A model generated the notes under the pieces. That model had not been told where the DNA came from. It saw nothing but the letters and a program-made list of their open reading frames with translations, and did not search any database. From Rhynchopus sp. YZ270_cl-10 (Eukaryota), in assembly GCA_964035575.1 (NCBI GenBank), contig OZ037840.1:1426001-1490000 (forward strand): a DNA stretch of 64,000 nucleotides. Direction: 5' to 3'. Made by a program: the position numbers and the translations under genes. Shown piece by piece: positions 12,381 to 23,895 of this stretch (position 1 is its first letter; every line of letters begins with the position of its first letter).

Positions 12381-12863
12381 TGAGCACTTGTACGTGCTCC
12401 CGGTTCTTTAGAGTAGCATATTTCTCGTGTTTCAGCACTTGTAACCGGTTCTTGAGCAAAGTACTCTTCTCATATTTGATGGGCTTTCCGTTGTGGAGCA
12501 CACATCAATACTGTGAGACGAACCTCATTTGTGTTGAACCATTTGAGGTATTCTTCAGCTTCCAGTGCAAAATCTTCCGACAGAATCAGCACACCATTGA
12601 ACAACTATCCTCCGTCCTTTTTGTCGGAAAATAGACCGCATCACGTTTTGCACACCTCTGGATGTTCTTCGCTACGTTGGCGAGATACGCGCAGAGGGAG
12701 GGGTCCACCCCTTTGCTCCCGTGAACTTGTACTGTTTGCCCGATGTTTTCTTTGGCACAAGAGTGATGAACGGGGTTGAGTGAGTCCACACGCATCCTTC
12801 TCGGGCAAAGAGTAATAAGAGGTTATGAGACGCTTGGGACGCTGCGGAAGAAGATTACAGATG

Positions 12864-13251
12864 GTACTGTGTACTGTGTACTGTGTACTGTGTACTGTGT
12901 ACTGTGTACTGTGTACTGTGTACTGTGTACTGTGTACTGTGTACTGTGTACTGTGTACTGTGTACTGTGTACTGTGTACTGTGTACTGTGTACTGTGTAC
13001 TGTGTACTGTGTACTGTGTACTGTGTACTGTGTACTGTGTACTGTGTACTGTGTACTGTGTACTGTGTACTGTGTACTGTGTACTGTGTACTGTGTACTG
13101 TGTACTGTGTACTGTGTACTGTGTACTGTGTACTGTGTACTGTGTACTGTGTACTGTGTACTGTGTACTGTGTACTGTGTACTGTGTACTGTGTACTGTG
13201 TACTGTGTACTGTGTACTGTGTACTGTGTACTGTGTACTGTGTACTGTGTA
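12864..13251. repeat. (TGTGTAC)n microsatellite, ~55 units
   Basis: Perfect 7-bp tandem array. Confidence 0.98.
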
Positions 13252-14463
13252 AAAACCATAGGGGACCCTATGGATTTTTGGATTTTGAACTGAAAATTTT
13301 GGAGCATAAATTTGGAGAACAAAATTACTATGTCCGAGTTTGAGGCCCAAAAATTCCATTAAATGGTGCTCCAGGGGGGGCCGATATTGACAGGTCGCTG
13401 ACAGGTCGTTGCCATAGGGGAGGGTCATTTTTTAACGGCCCTTAGCGATTTTTTAGTGGGGCACACACACAGACACACAGTGGCCCATACGGACCCTCAG
13501 GGTACACGAAGTAACTTAGCGGTTCGGCAGGGGACATTAGTATGCCGGTGTGCCGGTGTGGGATTTTGAGAAAAAAAAAAAAAAAAAGAAAAAGGCAGAT
13601 TTTTGAATTTTTTTCTGAATTTTATCTCCTCATACAAGGCTACAACCACATCTGTAGCGGTTTCTTATGTGCATGTGACCCCACCACAAAGACCAATCGG
13701 TCCGTTCAATCAAAAGAAATAGATGTTTGCAACTCTCATAAAAAAGTAGCGTACCGTGCGCCTGCGGCGCAGCTAAAAATGACGAGCGGTAGCCCACAGC
13801 TCTACCCTACACTGTGGCTAGGGGTATGGGGATAGGTTCGCTGGGATAGCATATTTGGGGATAGCATATGCTATCCCCGAGGATAGGTTATGCTATCCCC
13901 CTGGGATAGGTTATTTCAGGATAACCTATCCCCCTGGGATAGCATTTGACTGTACTTTACTAAGGATCTGCGTGCTGGGGACACAAAAATTTAGTATCCC
14001 CACCCAGGTGCCCATTTGTCACCTTCCCACCCCTTAAAAAAATACAAAATAATGGGGGGATTCGGGTGCCCAAATAATCCTATGCACAAAAAATGAAGCG
14101 GGGGGGAAAAGGGATAAATAATTTTATTTCCCCCACCCAACAACAATGATAAAGCGTAACGACAACAAATAAAAGCAAATAGGAATTTGTGGTTTTTGTG
14201 AGGCACTCAACGAAGTGTGCCGGCTCTGTGGAGACACGGAGCCACCAGCACTCCCCAGTCTTTTTTCCGGAAGTACCTGGAAAACTCGCGGTTGCGACCA
14301 GGCAAACGAAAAAATTCAATTACACACCAAATGTGTGCGGGAGAAAATAGAAATGCAAAAAATTCCAGCTTCATCTGTGGGTGCGACGTTCTGCGGGCCT
14401 CCAGACATTAGGTGTTATAATTATTCTTGTTGCCACTCATCACCATCAGAATAACACCACAAA

Positions 14464-15503
14464 ATGTCTGGAAGCCCGCAGAACGTCGCACCCACAGATG
14501 AAGCTGGAATTCCAAAACAAAAAGACCTCTTCGCAGACTTCTTCAAGCTGTACGTGCTTCCTGCACCCAAACACAGCATCCACGTGACGGACCTCAGGGA
14601 ACTGATCCGAAAGGTATTCCCCAAGCACTTCGGCAAACTTTCTGACGTAACGCCAACTGTCACATCCGCGATTAAGTCTGCACACAAGAAGGTCAAGGAT
14701 AACTTGACAAAAAATGAGCACGAAGCACTTATGGCAGATGGGAGCGATGCGTGGCTCTACCGGTCCAAGAACGGTGCCCCCTGTGTCCTCTATGGAATGG
14801 ATATTCGCAAGGAGCCAACCAACCACATGAAGACTACCTCCGCATACATCCACATTAGGAAGTATGCGTTGACATGTCTCCTTGACGACATGGACGTCAC
14901 CTTCGAGAAGATCAAACAGGAAAGGGAAGATGCGGAAGAGGCTGCAAAAGACAACAAGAAGACGACCACCAAGACGAATACCGAGTCGAAGACCAAGGTG
15001 AAGGCCGATACCAAGAGTGCGGTGGCTGCTTTCGTGTACCCGGGCCATGATATGGTTGGGTTCCCTGACCGCGTCGAGATCCGCTTCGACGCCCCGTTGA
15101 ATGAAAGGTACATGCAACTGGTCTCCGAAGAAGGAGACCCGAATGCGCCCTCTTTTGCGGGGCGCACGTTCAACATCGCCTGGAGGAGGTGCGTGGAAGG
15201 GGAGGTAGGGGCCGCCTCGCCCCCTTCCGGGTTGTACCGACGCCAGGTTTCCCTCCCCGAAGGGGACTATGCTCGCGATGCCATCACGGTATGCCACAGA
15301 GAAAGAATAAGAATAACACAATACCAAATATAACCCAGATTGACTCCAACGACGAGAACAGGACCGTGGTGGTCATCCCCCGTGTCATATCCAGGGCCAA
15401 GATCTCCATTGGGGGAAAGAGGAAGAGGGAAGAGGACGGAAGCGGCTTGACGGTAAACCCCTCATCGAACCTCATCGAAGACACCACCAGTGGTGGAATG
15501 TAA
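14464..15503 (+). CDS. Transposon accessory protein (~329 aa, 2 exons: 14464-15288, 15339-15503) with HSP20/alpha-crystallin-like C-terminal domain
   Basis: A 50-nt GTATGC...CCCAG intron (15289-15338) joins two ORFs in frame. DRVEIRFDAP...TFNIAWRR...GLYRRQVSLPEG...DAITIDSNDENRTVVVIPR resembles the ACD pattern. NLS-like KRKR near the C-terminus. Confidence 0.65.
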
Positions 15504-15651
15504 AATTCACGGAGAAGAGAAAAACCTATCAAAAAAGTCTACCGCCATCAACAATATGCACCCCCTCCCCCCCCTTTTTTTTTGCAACCCACCCCACCCA
15601 CCCCACCCGAACAAGAAAAATTAAAACAGCTACAAATCAAACTACTGAACA

Positions 15652-17226
15652 ATGGATCCACAGCTTCTCGAAGCGATCCGCGAAGGCTTGGAAAAGGGCA
15701 GACTCCAGGCCCGTGTGTCTGAACACCAGGCAGCCCTCATGCAGAAAACTATGAATGCTGTGCTAAAAGAAAAAGGGTTCGCACCCCTCTCCCTCGGCCT
15801 TTCTCGCTATGCAGGCACGCACAAGAAGCGCCTTGCTGAAGAGGCCGGCCTCCTCCTGAACTCCCTCCCGAACATCTGCCTCGATCTCTTGGAGACGCTT
15901 CCGGATGGCTGCAGGCCAAGTTCCGTTACGGGGGTTCTCCTCAGGGATGATTACAATCCCCTGAATGCCTTCCGCAATGAAGGCAAGAGAACACGGCTCT
16001 GCGTCGCGCTGTACTTTGTGTGGGAGGGGGAGTTTTATTGCACAGAGCCAGTGACTGTTGCGGACAAGGGCCCTGTGGAGTACAAGAACTGGTACATGAA
16101 CGAGTTTCTAGCTCAGGTTGTTGATCTGAATCAGTTCCCACTGACCATGACTGACACCCATCAGGTGTTCGTCAGACTGGAGCGTGTTGGTGGTGACCAT
16201 CATGATTTGTGGTCGTATTTTTACAGGATGGGGGCGAAGGGACACCGCTCGGCTTTTTGCTCTACAGAGCGGTCATTCTCAGTCACACAGCTGCATACGT
16301 GCAAACGCCTTGACCTTCGTGAGCTCGACCAAGCAGGTTTTTACAACCAGCTGTGGGAACTAATGCTTCCTTATTCCTGCACCACGACCCCCACCCTGCA
16401 CGACACCAAAGGGGTTATCATAATACTATGCAACCTACTCGAGGCAGGGTTTTGCTCTCTCCCAGATGAATTACAAAGATCAAAAAAGGACACTGAACCG
16501 ATCAAGAGCCTGACAGGGAAGCAGGCGCATATTGCCCTGACCAACCTGTGCATGCAGGCAAAAGATGTTCAGCTCCAGATTGCGCTCTGTATGCAGGCAC
16601 TCTCGTACTTTAAGTACCAGAATATATCGTGCCACTTTCATGCAAACGGAAGCTGCAAAAAGGAGTTTCTTTTTTCTCTTGTTCTGTACCACGCACTCAT
16701 CTTTTCTCTTGAGTGGGTGGCTGCAGGGGTGACAATGGGGAAGGGATACACATATTTTCACAGCATGTCCCACTGGTTTGATCCAGAGGACGCTGTGCCT
16801 GTCTGGGCATCAGACGAAATGGGGGAGCAAGGGAACAGCACGAGAAAGCTCTCAGCTGGACGGGTTGGGTCGGGGAAACAGTTTGAGAGGGGACAACACC
16901 GCTTTGAATCGGCGAGGAAAAAAAGTTTCAAAAAAATACCCACTCCTTCGCAAAAAGAAGACGACGTACCGCGCATATTTGCCTACAGTTATTTAAAAAT
17001 TTGCAAGCGTTGTTTCACACGCAACAATACGTGGAGAACGAACTTGGATTATCTGGTGCAGCGAGTGAAGAGATGCGGATTCGACGGTCATGTGACGACT
17101 CAGGAGGGAACTAACGACATTTTGTTCAGTGCTGACTCTAATAACCATCAGTGCTTCAAACTGTGTGTGTGTGGCAAAAGAAAATGGGACATACCTTCAC
17201 GAGCTTCCGAATACATAAGTGAGTGA
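15652..17226 (+). CDS. RAG1/Transib/Chapaev-like DDE transposase (524 aa)
   Basis: Ordered motifs LLRDD (D99), VGGD (D182), SAFC, PTLHD, LTGKQA, TYFHSMSH, WASDEMGEQGN (E392) parallel RAG1-core SCDG, GYD, CTLC, ALHC, MNGNFA, NYFHKTLAH, WASEGNESGN. Lies between TIRs. Confidence 0.8.
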   Translation: MDPQLLEAIREGLEKGRLQARVSEHQAALMQKTMNAVLKEKGFAPLSLGLSRYAGTHKKRLAEEAGLLLNSLPNICLDLLETLPDGCRPSSVTGVLLRDDYNPLNAFRNEGKRTRLCVALYFVWEGEFYCTEPVTVADKGPVEYKNWYMNEFLAQVVDLNQFPLTMTDTHQVFVRLERVGGDHHDLWSYFYRMGAKGHRSAFCSTERSFSVTQLHTCKRLDLRELDQAGFYNQLWELMLPYSCTTTPTLHDTKGVIIILCNLLEAGFCSLPDELQRSKKDTEPIKSLTGKQAHIALTNLCMQAKDVQLQIALCMQALSYFKYQNISCHFHANGSCKKEFLFSLVLYHALIFSLEWVAAGVTMGKGYTYFHSMSHWFDPEDAVPVWASDEMGEQGNSTRKLSAGRVGSGKQFERGQHRFESARKKSFKKIPTPSQKEDDVPRIFAYSYLKICKRCFTRNNTWRTNLDYLVQRVKRCGFDGHVTTQEGTNDILFSADSNNHQCFKLCVCGKRKWDIPSRASEYISE

Positions 17227-19346
17227 GGAGTTCCACAAATCTGCTTTTTTCCCTGTGTTACCTTTTGAACTTTTGTGTGATTTTTATTGTGTGAAATGCT
17301 TGTTTTTTTATCCGCATCCTTTTTTATTTATTTATCCCTTCCCCCCCCCCGCTTCATTTTTTGTGCATAGGATTATTTGGGCACCCGAATCCCCCCATTA
17401 TTTTGTATTTTTTTAAGGGGTGGGAAGGTGACAAATGGGCACCTGGGTGGGGATACTAAATTTTTGTGTCCCCAGCACGCAGATCCTTAGTAAAGTACAG
17501 TCAAATGCTATCCCAGGGGGATAGGTTATCCTGAAATAACCTATCCCAGGGGGATAGCATAACCTATCCCCTGGGGGATGGCATATGCTATCCCCAAATA
17601 TGCTATCCCAGCGAACCTATCCCCATACCCCTAGCCACAGTGTAGGCCATAGTCACAGCTACCTTTACCATAGTTTGGCTATAAAAGCGTGCGATTTTAT
17701 GTCACAATTTTTGAAATGTTGCGTCCCGTGGCTTCGCCAGAAATGTTTTGATGCCATATGGTTAGACAAGGGCGCGGAGGGGAAAGAGTTGTGGAGGTCT
17801 CTGCCAAAAATGCGTGGGGAAAAAAAAATTGCCTCACACCGGCTTTTTTGGCTCACACCGGCTTTTTTTTTCAAAATCTCAAACTACCAATGTCCCCTGC
17901 GGTTCGGGCAAAAAAAAAAAAAAAAAAAAGTATAAATCTGGATTTCGAGGAAAAAAATTTTTGGGGGGGTAGTGGTCACCCCTCCCACCCCTCATATCAG
18001 AAAATATCAGCTCCTAAAGACACTAAAGCACAGCCTCCTCTTGTCAGGTCGAACTCCCTGTTGGCCTTTGGGCTTTCTGTTTTACAGAGGCCCGGGGCAC
18101 AGAGCACCGCGAGAGATAAGAAAGAAAAAAGTAGCGTACCGTGCGCCTGCGGCGCAAGCCTGCAACCCACCCTTCCCATGACATAGTTTGGCTGTAAAAA
18201 TGTTCGATTGTAAGCGCATTTTTTTGAAGTGTTGCGTACTGTGGCTTCGCCAGAAACTTTCGTTTAACAAAATGTGGAAGTAAAATTTACGGAACTGACG
18301 ATAAATATCAACGAAAGTGCCATTTTATGTCAACATTTTTTAGAAATGTTGCGTACCGTGGCTTCGCCAGGAGCCTTTGGGTGCCAGTGACCCTTTTAAG
18401 GGTGAAAAAGCTCGGGAGCCCAAAACCGCTAAAAAATATTTTTGGAGGACTCACCCGACCTCCCTGGTTGTAGTGGGGGATAAAATAAAATATCTCTTTT
18501 TTCCCATCTGAATATTCCCATCCCCAAGGAAAATCCACACCAAAAACACACGCGGTGTGGGAAATGGGGGATAACTGTAGTGGGTGATAAAATAAAACAA
18601 AATAGGGGAGAAAAAACGGGGGATAATTGTTTTATCCCCCACCCCCCTTTAGGTCAAGATAGGATAAATTAACCATTTTGTAAACACGAAAGTGTTGTGT
18701 TTGCGGTCAACTATAAAAGACACAGATTAGTGAGGACACAGCAGTTGGTGTAATGCTGTTATGCTGTTATGCGATTGTTCAGTTTTTGTCTCGTTTTACA
18801 ACCTGACAACGGACGTGGCGAAACAAAAATAATAGGTTCTTACAGAGTAGATCAAGACGAAACTGTACGTGGGTAGCGTACTAACTAAGCAAAAGATGAC
18901 AGGGGGTTTTTATTATTTCAAACTTGGTCGTATCACGCGAGGATGAGCTCCATTATGTCAACGCTGTTTGGCCTGTCTGGGCAAATAGGTATTAGTAACG
19001 TGGGGGTCATGATAATTACCCCCATTTCGGAAGCACATTTTTCTTCTAGGGTTTCCCTTGAGAAACCCGCTGTTCGCTGCCTTTTTCTTCTTCTCCAAAT
19101 GCCATCATCTCTCTTACCGACAACCCGGTTTATAATCGACAAAAACTCTCTGTGCCCGTTGAACTACACTTAAAACAAGGTAGCAAAAGATAAAATCTAT
19201 CACACTGACCACTTTTACGATACCCCACCCTTGCTGGAGCGACGTTTGCAAACACAAACCTAGGTACGGAGTGTGATGTCACCCAAACCACTCCAACCAC
19301 AGGAGGCTCATATTCCCTCAACCCCCCTCCCCACACACAGCCCTCA

Positions 19347-22319
19347 ATGCACTCATGTGTGCCCGTGCTGCTGCTTGCACTGCTGTGTGGCGCTGACGCT
19401 GCCCTGAAGAAGCCGATCCGCCTGATCGGTGTCTTCGCCACGTCGCCGCCACTCGCACCGCACGACAAAAGCTGGAACCCTCTTGTGCCGTGCGAGCGCA
19501 TTGTGACTGAGGGTGACGACGACTGCTACAAGGGCGGCTTCCCTGGGGTGGCTGCGTGGATGGAGCACTATTCACAGGACGTGCGTGGGACCATCAAAGT
19601 GACATCGCCAGATTTCAAGTCCCGCATGATCTTTGGACATCCCCTTGGCCTGGATCTGAACTACGAGATCTGGGACAGGCTTGACATTGACTTCGTCACA
19701 TTGAGGGCAGAGCACTTGATGACGAAAGCCACAGACGCATCCGTTGTGGAGAACTTTGTTGCAAACATGAAACAGCCAATGATCATGACAGACCTCGCGA
19801 TCCTGGACAACTTTGTCTACCTTCTGGGCCTGCTGACCATGTGGCATGTGAAGGTGATTGACGGTGTGCAGATCGGTGTGATCGTGCTGTGGTCCGAGAC
19901 TTATCTCGGACGACGTGGTCAGTCCATTCCCCACGACAAGCTCATCCCCGTGGTGACGACAAGGCTGCGTGCCCAGGGTGTGGCACAGATCGTGGTGCTC
20001 CGCATTGGCCACGTGGGTGTGGAGGACGAGATGCAGCAACTGACGACGTACGACGTGGACGTGGTTCTAACGGACGTTGTTGCGGGGACAGACTTTGCTT
20101 CGAACGGGACGTCTGTTCTGTATGCAGCAGGCATTCAGGACGACAAGGCAACTGCATACCCAATCGTGACGTTGGACTTGACCGAAGAAGTGGACGGGTC
20201 GAAGTGGCACTACAGTGTAACAGAGGTGAGTGCACGTGACCTGCCTGTTCCTGTGACGGACGCACGCTTTGCAGCAAACCTTGCCTGGATGCAAGAGCAG
20301 ATTGTGCTGAGCCAGACAAACGACTACGTGGTTGCAACGTCGACAGCAGCGATGCCGTCCATCAATGAGGAAGGGTTCTACGACTGCCGTGGGGGTGACT
20401 GTGAGTTGGGCAAGATGACTGCAGATGCGATGCGTGAGTGGGCAGGGACGGACCTGGCAATGATAAATGGTGGTTCGCTGCGTGGTGTTGGGTGGGAGAA
20501 GGGTCCGATCAAGCGCAGCGCTTTGTGGGGCACGTACCCCTTTGCAAACCTGCTGTGCAAAGTGAACATGTCAGGCACTGTGCTGCTGGATTTCATGAAC
20601 CACGGAGTGAGTGCACTGCTTCCGGACGGAACACGAGACAAGACGAGCCGCCTTGGTCTGTACCCACAGATGAGTGGGATGCGGTTCACCATCAACCCCA
20701 GCCTCCCCGAACGTCGTGTTGTTTCGATCGATGTGCTCACACCCACAGGGGTGTACGAGCCACTGCAGAAGCGTAAGTTGTACTCCATTGTCCTTCCAGA
20801 GTTCATTGCAGGTGGTGGTGACGGGTACGGGATGCTTCCCACGAACCAGCACGACGGGTCGGAAGGCTGTGGTATCGACACTGCACTGGAGGTGACAGAG
20901 ACGTACCTGAAGGCTGCATCGATTTACACTCCGTCCTTGGGTGACAGAATGAGTCTCAACATGGCTGGGAGTGCACTGATGATGATGAACCAGACGAAGT
21001 ACAACTGCACAGAGAACCAGAAGTACGATCCACACTGGCAGCACTGCGAGGACTGCCCTGAAGGCTTCTGGCACCCAGACATGGACAGCCCTGCGTGTGT
21101 GGAGAAGCTTCCGAGTGAGGTGGACATCGGGATGATTCTTGGCATCGTGTTTGGTGGTCTTGTCCTGCTTGTGATCCCGATTGCGTGGAAGATGACAGAG
21201 AAGCAGCGCCGCATCAACGCGCTCTTCAACAACAACAAGATTGCAGAGGAGTGTGCCATTGCGGTTATGGACCTCCGTCTTGGCGACCTTGACTACCTCC
21301 ACGAGCTGGAGAAGCCGAACACGATTCAGTCTGCGTTTATTGCCATCACGAAGCAGATGAAGGTGTACATGGAGTTTATGCCCAAGAACCTGATTGCAAA
21401 CTACAAGGACACGAGCGACGATGGGAGCGAGACACGGTCCACATGCAAGCCCCGCTCTGATGCACTGTCGTCTCGCCGCTCGAGTGCCGCGACGTCACGC
21501 TCTGGTCTGCGGCGAATGGCTGATTCTTCGTCGAGGTTTTCGTCCGAGATGCAGATGCAGCAGAGACGTGTGCGTGCCACGTTTGCGAAGCGCAGACGCC
21601 TGTCTGTGCTGTACCTGAACAGCAAGGGCCACACCGCACTCTGCACAGCAGACAACGCCGTCAGCATCCACTCCTACTTCATCGAAACCTTCAACAGAGT
21701 TGTGGAGACCAACAAAGGCCTTGCGGAGCCTATGTGCGGCGACCGTGTCGTGGCGGTGTGGAACACTGTCGTGGACCGTTCGAACCACGCAATCTTTGCG
21801 TGCAAGGCCGCACGCGACTTGGCGACGTTTTCCGAGAGGGGCATTGTGCCGCAGATCGGTGTGGCCTCGGGGCCGTCGCTGTTTGGGCTGTTTGGGGGTA
21901 CCGGGACGAAGAAGTACGACATCATTGGGAAGACGTTGAACGCGGCTTCTATTCTGATGCTGCTGAACAAGGAGTACGACACGAAGGTGCTTGTCACCAA
22001 GCAGGTGGCACTGGAGGCCTCTGTCACGTTCTACCTCAAGATTGTCGACCACGTCAACTACACGAAACTCCCCGATACTTTCCTCTACTCACTTGAATCA
22101 GAGCGCAGTTCAGGACAACACGACGAGTGGATGTACGAGATGGAGCAGTCCGAAGGCTGTGACCCCTTCGCGGCCAACAACCACAACTGGATTGAATTTA
22201 TCAAAAAGGGTGTCGTTACTGGTGATGCATCTGGTCTGAGCGGCATCCTGCTTGAGCTCAGAAAACGGAACTACTCTGGTGAATACCACGCACGCTGTGC
22301 GTCGTTGGACCTCGTGTAA
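19347..22319 (+). CDS. Receptor-type protein: 5'-nucleotidase-like ectodomain, Cys-rich linker, TM helix, class III adenylate/guanylate cyclase-like domain (990 aa)
   Basis: Signal peptide. 5'-NT C-terminal motifs (LGKMTADAMR, INGGSLRG, YPFAN, PQMSGMRF, FIAGGGDGY). CEDCPEG linker. TM (ILGIVFGGLVLLVIPIAW). Cyclase motifs GDRVVAVWN and IGVASG..FGLFG...YDIIG..LNAAS. Confidence 0.9.
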   Translation: MHSCVPVLLLALLCGADAALKKPIRLIGVFATSPPLAPHDKSWNPLVPCERIVTEGDDDCYKGGFPGVAAWMEHYSQDVRGTIKVTSPDFKSRMIFGHPLGLDLNYEIWDRLDIDFVTLRAEHLMTKATDASVVENFVANMKQPMIMTDLAILDNFVYLLGLLTMWHVKVIDGVQIGVIVLWSETYLGRRGQSIPHDKLIPVVTTRLRAQGVAQIVVLRIGHVGVEDEMQQLTTYDVDVVLTDVVAGTDFASNGTSVLYAAGIQDDKATAYPIVTLDLTEEVDGSKWHYSVTEVSARDLPVPVTDARFAANLAWMQEQIVLSQTNDYVVATSTAAMPSINEEGFYDCRGGDCELGKMTADAMREWAGTDLAMINGGSLRGVGWEKGPIKRSALWGTYPFANLLCKVNMSGTVLLDFMNHGVSALLPDGTRDKTSRLGLYPQMSGMRFTINPSLPERRVVSIDVLTPTGVYEPLQKRKLYSIVLPEFIAGGGDGYGMLPTNQHDGSEGCGIDTALEVTETYLKAASIYTPSLGDRMSLNMAGSALMMMNQTKYNCTENQKYDPHWQHCEDCPEGFWHPDMDSPACVEKLPSEVDIGMILGIVFGGLVLLVIPIAWKMTEKQRRINALFNNNKIAEECAIAVMDLRLGDLDYLHELEKPNTIQSAFIAITKQMKVYMEFMPKNLIANYKDTSDDGSETRSTCKPRSDALSSRRSSAATSRSGLRRMADSSSRFSSEMQMQQRRVRATFAKRRRLSVLYLNSKGHTALCTADNAVSIHSYFIETFNRVVETNKGLAEPMCGDRVVAVWNTVVDRSNHAIFACKAARDLATFSERGIVPQIGVASGPSLFGLFGGTGTKKYDIIGKTLNAASILMLLNKEYDTKVLVTKQVALEASVTFYLKIVDHVNYTKLPDTFLYSLESERSSGQHDEWMYEMEQSEGCDPFAANNHNWIEFIKKGVVTGDASGLSGILLELRKRNYSGEYHARCASLDLV

Positions 22320-22957
22320 TGAGATCATGTAAAGGCAAGTAGAAAAATATGCACCAGGATTTTTTTTGGGGCTATGACTTTTTTTCTGGTCAGTTTTTTT
22401 CGCTTGGTTTTCTACTCAGAGATGGGGCCAGAGGAGTTTTGTATGGGTTTGTCGTTAGACAATTATGTAAATTGGGGGTGGCTGAAGGGGCGGGTTATTC
22501 GCACATTCTTGCGTACTTTGTGCACTTTGTGCACCCCCCATTCAGCCACACCATAAATAGTTTTACGTACATTGCTCGAGGGGGACTAGGAGCAACATAC
22601 CCACCACAGCTTCTTCATCAAGTAATGATGTTTTTTTTTGGGTTTCAGACTACATACACTGAAATAAAACAGATTAGAACGAAGATATAATTCATGTCCA
22701 AGCATTTCTTGTTACTCCAACCCTTTTTGGCCAAATTCCGAAATCTAAATCCGAAAAATTCCCTGTTTTTTTGTGCCTTGCAATTTTGGGCTGTTTTCCG
22801 GGATATAGCTTTCTGCAAAATTCTGGAAATATGTTCTCCTATTTTCCTTTTTTTTTTCGGCGGGTTTTTGAAGATAACGGTAACTATTTATTAGAGTGAA
22901 AAAAAATAACTATTTTCTGGTATCAAAAAAAATAGCTTTTTTTTGACTGGCCAAGTA

Positions 22958-23895
22958 CAGTCCCGCCTATTATTAATAACGTTTTATTTTATAAAATCCT
23001 AATTAGTGACGTTCTAATTTATAAAGTCGTGAATTAATTTATTTTTCGGGGGAATACTAATAAGTTATTGAATTTATTTTCCCCGGCGGAGCCGAAAATT
23101 TTTTTGCCTGCACAAGTGACGACGGGGTTTGTGTGGGTTCTGTTGGAGGAATATGTGGAAAAGGAGGTGTGTAATCAGTGATACACGGAAGTAAAAAACG
23201 GTGCGTACGCGCATGCCGTTCGCCTCCATATGGTCTATTTATGGTCTATTTCACCCACGAGATGAAAAGACCTGGACACCAGGAGTCGGTTACACCGAGG
23301 CGTGTCCCGCCTCGTCTTCACCACCATCCCCCTCGCAAGCGACGCAAATCGATTGGCTGTTATGGCCCAGCCGAACTTGCGGGTATTCCCGTAAGGTTGA
23401 GAAACCTCTTCAGCTCCTCGGGGTTCACAAGAGCCTTGGGTGAAGTACGAACCGCTCTCTTTTTGTGGGTGTTGTACTTGGAGATGGTGGGAGCAGGAAT
23501 ATGGCGTCCTGGGTGAGCGTCATTCCACCACGCCATCACATCAGCGTGCGGTCTGTCATCAGTGCCTGCGTCCGCCGATGAACGGTGAGGCGCTGGCACT
23601 TTCAACTTCTCTGTCATCCGCCATGTCGTTGTCTGTGATGGTGACAATCTCCGGGGCAGTGAGGACAGCCTGCTGTCATTTTTTTGTTCATTCCGTGGTG
23701 GAGACAGACATGATGATCGAAAATGAGAGAAAGATGCAGAGAGTCTGGTAGAGATTTAGACTGGGATTTGGGTGGGCAAGCTGTAATTTATAAAATCTTA
23801 ATTAGCGACGTTCTAATTTATAAAGTCGCTAATTAAATATTTTCAGATTTGGTCGAATTTATAAATTAGAAATTCACTAATTAGAGGCGGGACTG
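22958..23895. mobile_element. Non-autonomous Tc1/mariner-type element
   Basis: TA|CAGTCCCGCCT ... AGGCGGGACTG|TA, with repeated subterminal GTTCTAATTTATAAAGTCG blocks. Inserted into a smaller palindromic element (TTTTGACTGGCCAAG ... CTTGGCCAGTCAAAA). Confidence 0.75.

Larger units (their letters stand above)
13810..17642 (+). mobile_element. Two-gene DNA transposon of the Transib/RAG/CMC group with ~310-bp TIRs
   Basis: TIRs at 13810-~14121 and ~17328-17642 are near-identical, start CACTGTGGCTAGGGGTATGGGG and carry repeated CTATCCC motifs. Flanked CC-TA|element|TA-GG. Two open genes inside. Confidence 0.9.

Noticed and set aside
14464..15503. Accessory ORF as RAG2-like
   Set aside because: No kelch repeats or PHD finger visible, and it is tandem rather than convergent to the transposase.
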